DNA of 32,756 nt from Trichomonas gallinae (lineage: Eukaryota): contig MRSU01011305.1 of the NCBI GenBank assembly GCA_008369845.1, positions 1 to 32,756 on the forward strand, in the 5' to 3' direction. Shown piece by piece: positions 1 to 8,299 of this stretch. Made by a program: the position numbers and the translations under genes. Position 1 is the first letter of the stretch, and each line of letters begins with the position of its first letter. The notes under the pieces are model-generated. The model had not been told where the DNA came from. It saw only the letters and a program-made list of their open reading frames with translations, and did not search any database.

Positions 1-169
1 TTCAATTCAAAAAAGTGAAAATATAATGTCATTGTTTACATTCAAATATTATTTTTCGAACGAAAAAAATCGAAAAATAAAATTTGAATGAAAAACAATT
101 AGTTTTTTTATTTCACAATCCAGCATTCAAATCATTTGAAAAAGTGACATAAATGGATAACCCCCTGTC

Positions 170-216
170 TAAAGCGTCACTTTTGGACGCTTTACATGTC
201 AAATCTGACATGTAAA
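170..216. repeat. Two overlapping perfect inverted repeats (possible hairpins or palindromic binding sites)
   Basis: TAAAGCGTC (170-178) / GACGCTTTA (186-194) with a 7-nt loop; TTTACATGTCA (191-201) / TGACATGTAAA (206-216) with a 4-nt loop. Confidence 0.75.
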
Positions 217-338
217 TCTATCACTTTTCGTTCCGCATTTCGGTACAGAAGATTAATATTGATGAATCCTATAAAATTATCAGACAAATTTGATAAAAAC
301 GTAAACTTTAGGAAATAATAATAAATATTCAAGCAACA

Positions 339-1820
339 TCACTCAAGAACAACACCAACGGCTCTTGATGTAACGCCGCAATTCTTCTCCTGAACTTCGG
401 ACTGGATGTAGATGTAGCCCTCGTCACCCCAATGAGTTGACCATGAGTTCTTCACCTCCCAAGCTTCTTTGCCGTCAATAACCCTCCAGCCTGTGAGTTG
501 CACGATGTGGATTAGGTCATCGGACCTGCCTGTACATCCCTCCTCGTCGAAGACGCCGTTTGTGTAGAGAACCATGTCTTCGATGACATTGATAGAAATT
601 CCGAGCGGTCCGAACTTGTAGAGGGCCTCTTTGACGGCTGCACGTGTGTTCTCTACGTGGAAGCAGTCCTTGACGTAGCCGAGATATTCTTCTGGCTCGT
701 AGTTGCAATAACCTGAAACACCCATATATGGATATGAGGCTTCCGTAGCAATCTTAACATGGGAGTGCTTAAGTGATGTAAGAGATGGGCCTATTTCACC
801 ACCTTGGCAGCCGTAGTTGCGTGCATCCCATGTGCAATCCATAATTTGATTTGTTGAAACTGGGCGAAGCTTGCCTGTCTTGAGTGCGAAAGCAGACTCG
901 AGGAGGCCAGCAGTGCCAAATGCCCAGCAAGAGCCACAAGCAACTTGATCACGTGGCGGAGTGACAACATTTGGAAAATCTCGCCATGAAAATTCCTTTG
1001 GAGCAACGAAATCCTTGCTGCCTTTGAATGTGTAGCACTCATCCCAGAGTGGGTCGTCGTCATCTTCGAATACTGATGATGAAGAACGGGCTTTGATTGT
1101 TTTAAGCCAGTGTGTCTTATCCATGTGTGAGAAGCGGTTTTGTGTTGTTGTGTTGTATGACTTTTTCTGATGAATTTGGTTGATATATTTATCAACATTT
1201 GCTCTTGGGAAGTATAAATCGTACATTGCGCCTGGATATGGATCATCCTGGATGTTTGGATCAGTGCAGATAGATGGCATGTTCCAAACACCAGAGGCAG
1301 CTTCTGGCAAAAATTCATCAATTTCAAGAACGTAAATATCGTAGTGAGAGCCGTAGATTGAGATTGCGTGAGCTTTATAAGCGACTGGTTTACCTGTTGT
1401 GTGCTCAATATACATTTCCCAAGTCTGTGTTTTTCCCCCAGCGATAGTCTTTCTCCAGAGATCACAACGCTTGCCACTGTAGATATAAATGCCCTCAACT
1501 TGCTTAAATTCTGTCATATCTGGGAGGAATTGTGTGAATTCGATATCCCAAGGTTTTTCTTCAGAATAACCAAAGCAAATTGTCTTGTTCATTGCAGCGA
1601 CAATCTTTCTGTGGATTCTCTGTGATGGGTCCGTATTCCAGATTTGAAGTAATCCGTTGTGTTCGTTGATATATTGTCTCGTTGGCTCTTGAACAACTTC
1701 GAGATGGTTAGAAAGGTTCGTATATGGAACCTTCCACGTGCCGCGGATTGTCCAGGAAGGTGGCCAGCGCGGCACAGAAGCGCTAAAAGCGAATGAAACA
1801 AAACCAAGAATCATTTGCAT
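339..1820 (-). CDS. Papain-family (clan CA, C1A) cathepsin L-like cysteine protease with long N-terminal extension (26/29-kDa proteinase / CfaD-like architecture)
   Basis: Catalytic motifs QVACGSCWAF (Gln/Cys), LIHIVQLTGW (His), VKNSWSTHWGDEGY (Asn); mature-domain start PKEFSWR; short hydrophobic N-terminus MILGFVSFAFS. The track start at 1847 is GTG; in-frame ATGs lie at 1844, 1820 and 1814, so the exact start is uncertain. Confidence 0.93.
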   Translation of the reverse strand: MQMILGFVSFAFSASVPRWPPSWTIRGTWKVPYTNLSNHLEVVQEPTRQYINEHNGLLQIWNTDPSQRIHRKIVAAMNKTICFGYSEEKPWDIEFTQFLPDMTEFKQVEGIYIYSGKRCDLWRKTIAGGKTQTWEMYIEHTTGKPVAYKAHAISIYGSHYDIYVLEIDEFLPEAASGVWNMPSICTDPNIQDDPYPGAMYDLYFPRANVDKYINQIHQKKSYNTTTQNRFSHMDKTHWLKTIKARSSSSVFEDDDDPLWDECYTFKGSKDFVAPKEFSWRDFPNVVTPPRDQVACGSCWAFGTAGLLESAFALKTGKLRPVSTNQIMDCTWDARNYGCQGGEIGPSLTSLKHSHVKIATEASYPYMGVSGYCNYEPEEYLGYVKDCFHVENTRAAVKEALYKFGPLGISINVIEDMVLYTNGVFDEEGCTGRSDDLIHIVQLTGWRVIDGKEAWEVKNSWSTHWGDEGYIYIQSEVQEKNCGVTSRAVGVVLE

Positions 1821-1827
1821 AACCGGT

Positions 1828-1836
1828 GTCACTTTT
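1828..1836 (-). promoter_or_regulatory. AAAAGTGAC element upstream of the protease (matches the trichomonad core-promoter motif I recall as M2, AAAGTGAC)
   Basis: GTCACTTTT on + at 1828-1836, 8 nt before ATG 1820. The same 9-mer occurs at 140-148, 176-184 and 5192-5200. Confidence 0.45.
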
Positions 1837-1970
1837 ACCCGCATCACACAAATTAAGGTTAATTTATTTGTCAGTTTTTATCCAAAACATTTTTTATCCT
1901 AAATTTCTTCATATATAGCATCTATAAGACTTACTTTATTTATTTCATAAATTTGATCATCTGTAATTGA

Positions 1971-2366
1971 TATAAGACTGTTACACTATCAGAATGCTAT
2001 TTTGATGATACAAATAAAATTAAATATAGAGACTTAGGGCATGCTACATATGAAAATCAGTCTGCTTTCATGGTAGACTTCGATATGAAATGTATTGATA
2101 CAGGAAATGTCGAATGGGATTTGACTGATTGCGTTATTATAGCTCCGCTAAACTCAGGAGTTCTAGCTGCATTACTATCTTGAAATACATGCAAAATATA
2201 AGGAAATCCATATGAATATACATGTTATATAGCGAAGAAGATCGAATATGACATTTTCAATTTACATGTCAAATTTGCAATTTCAAATGTTCTGTTAAAA
2301 TTATTATCATGCAATGGATATAGAACAGTTTTACAATACTTTCAACATGAAATCGTTTGTTTTTAA
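1971..2366 (+). pseudogene. Probable decayed gene fragment
   Basis: One frame runs 132 codons (YKTVTLSECYFDDTNKIKY...LAALLS*NTCKI*GNPYEY...IVCF*) with only two internal stops (2181, 2199) despite AT-rich context. It has no initiating ATG and a higher GC than the flanking spacers. Confidence 0.35.
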
Positions 2367-2457
2367 ATGTAAATATATTTTTTGATAAAAAAACTCTAGC
2401 GTTTATAGACAAATTTACTAATATATTTACATACAATATATGCTAACAATATCATAT

Positions 2458-3654
2458 TCATTTGACTTTGCTGAAGAAAGCTGTGATGCATGGCTGTGGG
2501 TTCTTTGGGTCATCAAACTTAACAACATACTTCGGAATCTTCTTCTTTGGAGCATTCATAGGTGTTCTCTGACAGCCTTGAAAGCTTCTTTGGCTATTTG
2601 GTGAGCTTTGAATTACCTTTGGTGTTTTATCTTGAATTGGCGCGCTGTTTGATCTTGGCAGTTCATTGACAACCTTGAATGGCAGTAAAGTGTCTGCTGC
2701 AATTCTTCCCTTGACGAGATCAAGAAGCTGCTCAGAAGACATGGATCTTCCTAAATAAGGAACATCTTGCTGCGGCGGATCGGAAAGAAAGACTAATTCT
2801 TGCGTTACTGGATTAAAAGCACGCGCACACTTGAATGTAGTGAAGGCCTGGTCAAACTGATTGTGATAATCAGGAGGAACAGTGAATTTGACGCTCTTCA
2901 TAATAAGATTAATCAACTCGTGAGCATCAGGTTTATCATAAAGCATTTTTAGGGCAGTTTTGACGCCCATTTTACCAATGTGATCAGTGTAGTCACATCC
3001 TGAGAAGATGCAGAGAGCCGTGAATTGATCTGCAGTCAATTTCAAGTTTTCTAGAACATCATCGAATTTAATTTGAACGCAATGATACGTATCGTCAAAT
3101 TTGAAAAGTGTCACTGGACACTGATATGCCACTAAGTCTGTATCTTCAGTGAGAACTGCATCAACATAGCCGCTCTTCGCAAGAAAAGCTAATTGTGCAT
3201 CTGCTTCAAAAGGAGCTACAATGTATTCGACACCATTCTTCTGTAGTTCATGAACGAATGTGTGAACGCTTTCTTGAGAAATTGTAACTGCGCGCTGATA
3301 ATATTTTAGTGCTTCACTTTTATTTCCTTGATTCTCGTAAAGTGTAGCTTTTTCGAGTGCTTCAATGCGATCTTGGCGTCTTTTATCGGTCGTTTTCTGC
3401 TTTGAAGGCAATAATTGTCCATCGAAAACAATAACTGGTTTAACACCGCATTTTATCAACCCATTGACTCTTGACATCAGGTATGGTAAGAGAAACTTCG
3501 CTTCCGGGTCTTTATTTATTTCAACCGGATATCGAAATGCTGCCTTATGCATCCAAACGAACGCATCAACTGCAATACGCTTGTTCTTGTACTCTGTTAA
3601 ATGGATCGTCTTTCCAACTGGTGAAAGTAATGGGAATAAACCGTGAATTCCCAT
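2458..3654 (-). CDS. EXO1: Exonuclease 1 (XPG/Rad2 family 5'-3' nuclease)
   Basis: XPG-N MGIHGLFPLL...IAVDAFVWMHKA...VFDG; XPG-I APFEADAQLAFL...TEDTDL; H3TH GCDY...GKMGVKTA; PSKQKTTDKRR typical of EXO1; C-terminal QPCITAFF PIP box. Confidence 0.9.
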   Translation of the reverse strand: MGIHGLFPLLSPVGKTIHLTEYKNKRIAVDAFVWMHKAAFRYPVEINKDPEAKFLLPYLMSRVNGLIKCGVKPVIVFDGQLLPSKQKTTDKRRQDRIEALEKATLYENQGNKSEALKYYQRAVTISQESVHTFVHELQKNGVEYIVAPFEADAQLAFLAKSGYVDAVLTEDTDLVAYQCPVTLFKFDDTYHCVQIKFDDVLENLKLTADQFTALCIFSGCDYTDHIGKMGVKTALKMLYDKPDAHELINLIMKSVKFTVPPDYHNQFDQAFTTFKCARAFNPVTQELVFLSDPPQQDVPYLGRSMSSEQLLDLVKGRIAADTLLPFKVVNELPRSNSAPIQDKTPKVIQSSPNSQRSFQGCQRTPMNAPKKKIPKYVVKFDDPKNPQPCITAFFSKVK

Positions 3655-4347
3655 TTTTTCTTTTTTGACTCTCCCGCGAAAATTTTCAATAAAAAATTTT
3701 TTCGCGGCAAAATTAATTTCACTTCAAATCACCATAAAACAACATCAATCGATGAATAGATTAATAAATTCGTTGTTTTGATCATTTTATGAAAATATCC
3801 AAACGAAATATATATCAATAATTAGCATCTACACTCATGTTATATATCGAAAACGATATAGTTGACTCAGTTCCAGGTTTAATTTAGATAATAATGATTA
3901 TTTGATTTTCAAACAATTAATTATTCAGAAAAAGCACAAATGAAATTGCTTATATCATATTAAATCAGTTATAATACTCAATCCTATATTATACATAGGA
4001 TGTATTCAATTATTTTTTATTGAACAAATATTCTTTGATGAACATAGTGTCTTCAACAGTAAGAGTAGGCTTTTTGTGTTAAGAGATACAAAATCAAAGA
4101 TGATTTAAAATAGAAAATATTGATCAAAAAATATCATATGGATGAACATGTTCAACAATGTTATTTGAACAGAGGTCATCATTTGAATGTACTTGTCAAA
4201 TCATATAGAACGATTTTGTAATAATATTTTTTTTCAAAATGAAATTTGGATATAAATATATGAAATAATCATATGTCAAGGTTATATATATGCATAACAT
4301 GAGTATTTAATATCAAACAAAGGAAAAATTAGTCATATTATTTGATG

Positions 4348-4707
4348 TCACTTGTAAAGCTCAACATACTCACGCTGGCCACAAATTGGGATCTCCTTCT
4401 CATCCAATAATGTTACATACTGGATAATTCCGGAGATTTTCTCCCAATTGTCATTGAACCACTTGATCAAGCACTTGAATGATCTCTTTCCAGAACGTGG
4501 AACTTCTGGTAACTCATAGTTCTTGGAGAGAATTGTGGCAATTGAGAGTAATTCAGGATGTCTGATGCCTGAAGAAAACTGAGTACGGAGAGCTTTCCAT
4601 GCGATGCAATTGTTGAAATCAAAATCTTGGAGCTCTTTCTCGATGATACGACCCTCCTTCCCCTTCTTTGGGTTCGAGGTGGCACACTTATCCGGCGGAA
4701 TATCCAT
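4348..4707 (-). CDS. Small hypothetical protein (119 aa), probably a trichomonad-expanded helical family
   Basis: The track start at 4749 is TTG; the first ATG is at 4707, preceded by Inr-like CCATT. Coding-like GC and a globular pattern ELLSIA...RSGKRSFKCLIKWFNDNW. Confidence 0.75.
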   Translation of the reverse strand: MDIPPDKCATSNPKKGKEGRIIEKELQDFDFNNCIAWKALRTQFSSGIRHPELLSIATILSKNYELPEVPRSGKRSFKCLIKWFNDNWEKISGIIQYVTLLDEKEIPICGQREYVELYK

Positions 4708-5192
4708 AATAATGGTTTTTTTTCTATATATCGTCGAATTTTGATTCAAATTTTTGATGAGTTTTCAAAAACGACACTTTTTCGTCGTTGGAGAAAAATT
4801 ATTCTGCCGTCGACTTAAATTTTTATTTATTTTGATATTTACTTGGAGTACAGCATGTTAGCACAATCTTTTTGCAGAAAAAAACACGTTGATAAAAATT
4901 ATGGTCTCGAAAAATTTTTACATCAAACTTTGAAAATCTGATATATACGATGTTTGGAATAAATAACAGTGATTCTTGATTTCAAATATGTCTCATTAAC
5001 CTTAAACTACGATTATTTTCCCTTTCTTTTTTTTTTTCCATTTTAGTTGGATTATACCTGTAATTGCTGATTTGACTTATTCAATAAAAGAGTAGAATAA
5101 ACACGATTCATTTCTCCCCATTATAATAGAGATTAGTGCTGCTGATTCAATTATAAAAATGTTTACCATCACTTTTCCTGCTTGACCAATTG

Positions 5193-5197
5193 TCACT
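5193..5197 (+). promoter_or_regulatory. Initiator (Inr) TCACT of the DEAD-box gene
   Basis: TCACT ends 13 nt upstream of ATG 5211; matches the trichomonad Inr TCA(C/T)(T/A). Confidence 0.6.
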
Positions 5198-5210
5198 TTT
5201 GTTAATTAAT

Positions 5211-8087
5211 ATGAGTTCGAATTTTAGCCAAAATAGAGGATTTGGTTCAAGCCAGAATGGACCAAATGATGGCCCAGATGATAGAGGATTTAATCCTAAT
5301 GGCCAAAATGGAAATCCATCACGCAATTTTGGAGATAATTTTGATTCTCAAAATTCAAGCCAAAAAGGAAATAGATTTGGAAACAACGACAACAATTATG
5401 ACAGAAATGGTTTCGACAACCAAAATAGGAATTGTAACGGAAGTTTTGGAAATCATAATAATTTTGGAAATCGTGACGATAGTGATAATAGAAATGATTT
5501 TAGAAGCAGAAATATGAATGATGATGACTTTAGAAATCAAAATGGCCGCATGGGCTTCGAAGAAAATCGAAACGACAATTTTGGAGGAAGACAAAACCAA
5601 AATAGATTTGGCGGCCGCGATGATGACAGTGGCTTTGGCAATAGAGGAAATGATAACAACTTTAGAAACAGAGGAAATGATAACGGCTTTGAAAATAGAG
5701 GAAATGACAATGGGTTTGGAAATCGACAAAGATTTGATGATTCTAGAGGCTTTAATGGAAATGGCAACGGATTCAATAATGATGATAGAAGGAATGGATT
5801 CGGAAATCAAGGCTTTGGAAATAGAGGCAATGATAATGGATTCAGTAATAGAAGAGATGATGATAGAGGCTTTAATGGTAATGGCTTCGATAATAGAGGC
5901 AATGATAATGACTTTGGAAATCGCCAAGGCTTTGGAAATGGTGGAAATGATAATAGAGGCTTTGGCAACGATGAAAGAGGAAACGGATTTGGAAATCAAG
6001 GCTTCGGAAATAGAGGAAATGATTTCAATGGAAATGATGAATTTGGAAATAGAGGCGGTTTTGGCCGTGGAAATAATAATGGAAATAGAGACTTTGGAGG
6101 CCATGGAAATAATAATGGAAATCAAGGCTTTAGAGACAGCGGAAATTATAATGGAAATGGCTTTGGAAATAATGACTTTGGTGGAAATGACAGAAACCAA
6201 GGATTCGGCAGCAGAGGAAATGATAATGGCTTTGGCAATAGAGATAATGTTAATGAATTCGGTAACAGAGGAAATGACAACGGAAATCAAGGCTTTGGGA
6301 ATCGAGGATTCGGCGACAGAGAAAATGACAATAGATTCGGAAATAGAGGAAACGACAATGGATTTGGCGACAGAGGCTTTGGAGGCCGTGGAAATGATAA
6401 CGGAAACAGAGACTTTGGTAGAAATGATAATGGATTTGGTAATAGAAATTTCGGCGACAATGACGGAGGTCAAGGATTTGGAAACAGAGGCTTTGGAACT
6501 AGAGATAATGGCAATGGTTTAAGTGACAGAGATAATGATAATGGATTTGGCAGCAGAGATAATGGCAATGGATTTGGCAGCTTCGGGAATGATGATGGAA
6601 ATGGATTCGGTGGAGGTGATAATGAAAATGAGGGATTTGGAAACAGAGGATTCGGAAGTAACGACAATGGAGGATTTGGAAATCGTGGCTTTGGAGACAA
6701 TGGTGGAGGATTTGGTGATAGAAACGATTCTAGCTTCGGCAATAGAGGGAATAACAATGCAGGAGGCTCAAAACTCATGGATTGTTCGAACCTCATCGAG
6801 CAAGCCAGGAATATCAAGGTAGAGCCAGCATCCACCGAAATCGTCCGCATGTGCATCAAAATGGACGAAATCCCCGCAGAAGAATACGAGAATTTTGTTC
6901 TATCCAACAACATCAAACTTGTCGGAACAGGAATGCTAAACTCTTTGTTCGATTTCCAATCTCCTAAGATAGACGAGAAGATCCGTGAAGCTATTGCCAA
7001 AATCGGCTGGGAGACTCCATCAGTCATCCAATCAGTCGCTATTCCAATTGCATTGTCGGGCCGTGACATTGTCGGCATCGCCAAAACCGGCTCAGGAAAA
7101 TCTGCTTCTTATATCATTCCAGCCATTCAGCACTCCTTGTCTCAAGACACAAATCTCTCTGGTCCATTTGTTTTGATCATCGTTCCGTCAAGAGAATTAG
7201 TTCAACAAGTACACAGAAAGACAACAGAATTGCTTCAGTGTACAGACATCAAAGCTGCAGCTGTTTACGGAGGAGGATTTAGAAGAGATCAAATCGCAGC
7301 ATGCAAGCAGTCAAAGATCATCATTGGAACTCCAGCTCGTCTCCTTGATTTCATCAGCAACAAACTTCTCAAGCTGAGTGAAATTGGACTTTTGATTATC
7401 GATGAAGCAGATAAACTTGTGTCAGAAGATTTCGCAGGCCAGCTCGAGCCAATCATGATGCACTGTCCAGAAGGAAGACAAACATTGATGTGGTCAGCTA
7501 CTTGGCCAGAAGAAGTCAGAGATTTGGCCGAAGACAACCTTCACGATTTCATCCGAGTTGTTATCGACGCAAATGACTTGACTGTCAACAAAGACATCAA
7601 GCAGTTGTTTATTCCAGCAGAAAATGACACGATTGAACAGCTTGAAGGAGTCGTGAAGCAGATTTTGGAGCAAACAGCTAATGCGAAAATCTTGGTTTTC
7701 TCAATCAAACAGCTGCTCATGAAAATTGCTGACCAACTGGCTATAGCTGCTTCTGTTCCAACATGCATATTACATGGTGATATGCCTCAGAAAGAACGTG
7801 ATGATGTTGTGAAGAAGTTCAGAGACACAAAGACGCCAATCTGCATGATTGCTTCGAATTTGGTTTCTCGTGGATTCGATGTTGACGACATAACTCACGT
7901 CATTCAGATGCAGATGCCAAAGCGTCTCTATGACTACGTCCACAGGATTGGAAGAACAGGAAGAGTCGGAAGGACAGGCGTTTCAATCACCTTTTACAAC
8001 TTATTCAAGGACTCTGGCATCAAGGACCAGCTTATTGAATATTTGCAAAGAGCTGACCAAGAAGTTCCCGAATGTTTGCTCGAATAA
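5211..8087 (+). CDS. DEAD-box RNA helicase (DBP2/DDX5-like core) with ~520-aa N/G/F/R/D-rich disordered N-terminus
   Basis: Q motif GWETPSVIQ, I AKTGSGKS, Ia PSRELVQQ, Ib TPARLLD, II DEAD, III MWSATWP, VI HRIGRTGR. The track start at 5190 is TTG; the first ATG is at 5211 after an Inr. The stop TAA overlaps TAAA. Confidence 0.95.
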   Translation: MSSNFSQNRGFGSSQNGPNDGPDDRGFNPNGQNGNPSRNFGDNFDSQNSSQKGNRFGNNDNNYDRNGFDNQNRNCNGSFGNHNNFGNRDDSDNRNDFRSRNMNDDDFRNQNGRMGFEENRNDNFGGRQNQNRFGGRDDDSGFGNRGNDNNFRNRGNDNGFENRGNDNGFGNRQRFDDSRGFNGNGNGFNNDDRRNGFGNQGFGNRGNDNGFSNRRDDDRGFNGNGFDNRGNDNDFGNRQGFGNGGNDNRGFGNDERGNGFGNQGFGNRGNDFNGNDEFGNRGGFGRGNNNGNRDFGGHGNNNGNQGFRDSGNYNGNGFGNNDFGGNDRNQGFGSRGNDNGFGNRDNVNEFGNRGNDNGNQGFGNRGFGDRENDNRFGNRGNDNGFGDRGFGGRGNDNGNRDFGRNDNGFGNRNFGDNDGGQGFGNRGFGTRDNGNGLSDRDNDNGFGSRDNGNGFGSFGNDDGNGFGGGDNENEGFGNRGFGSNDNGGFGNRGFGDNGGGFGDRNDSSFGNRGNNNAGGSKLMDCSNLIEQARNIKVEPASTEIVRMCIKMDEIPAEEYENFVLSNNIKLVGTGMLNSLFDFQSPKIDEKIREAIAKIGWETPSVIQSVAIPIALSGRDIVGIAKTGSGKSASYIIPAIQHSLSQDTNLSGPFVLIIVPSRELVQQVHRKTTELLQCTDIKAAAVYGGGFRRDQIAACKQSKIIIGTPARLLDFISNKLLKLSEIGLLIIDEADKLVSEDFAGQLEPIMMHCPEGRQTLMWSATWPEEVRDLAEDNLHDFIRVVIDANDLTVNKDIKQLFIPAENDTIEQLEGVVKQILEQTANAKILVFSIKQLLMKIADQLAIAASVPTCILHGDMPQKERDDVVKKFRDTKTPICMIASNLVSRGFDVDDITHVIQMQMPKRLYDYVHRIGRTGRVGRTGVSITFYNLFKDSGIKDQLIEYLQRADQEVPECLLE
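5560..6750 (+). repeat. Degenerate coding tandem repeats, consensus roughly GGCTTTGGAAATAGAGGAAATGATAAT (GFGNRGNDN)
   Basis: GFGNRG(N/F)(D/G) recurs throughout the helicase N-terminus and explains the long shadow ORFs in other frames. Confidence 0.9.
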
Positions 8088-8299
8088 ATATATATAGAAT
8101 GTTATTTTTTTAAATGATAGATTTAAACATGTTTATATTGGTAACTTTTTTAATTTATAATTCAAACATTAATGAAAGCAATGTTTAAAATAAAATATTT
8201 CGGAATAGGCTTATATTTCTCTAATTGTTGACAATTTTTCGACCAGATTTATGATGCGAAAATGTTTTTTTTTTCACCATATAAAATTGACAAATTGCA

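Noticed and set aside
791..1498. 235-aa same-strand alternative-frame ORF inside the protease
   Set aside because: Overlaps a clearly conserved protease frame and has no motifs.
5242..7084. Long alternative-frame and antisense ORFs (334, 372, 204 aa) over the helicase N-terminus
   Set aside because: They are shadows of the low-complexity GFGNRGND repeat and have no independent domain signal.
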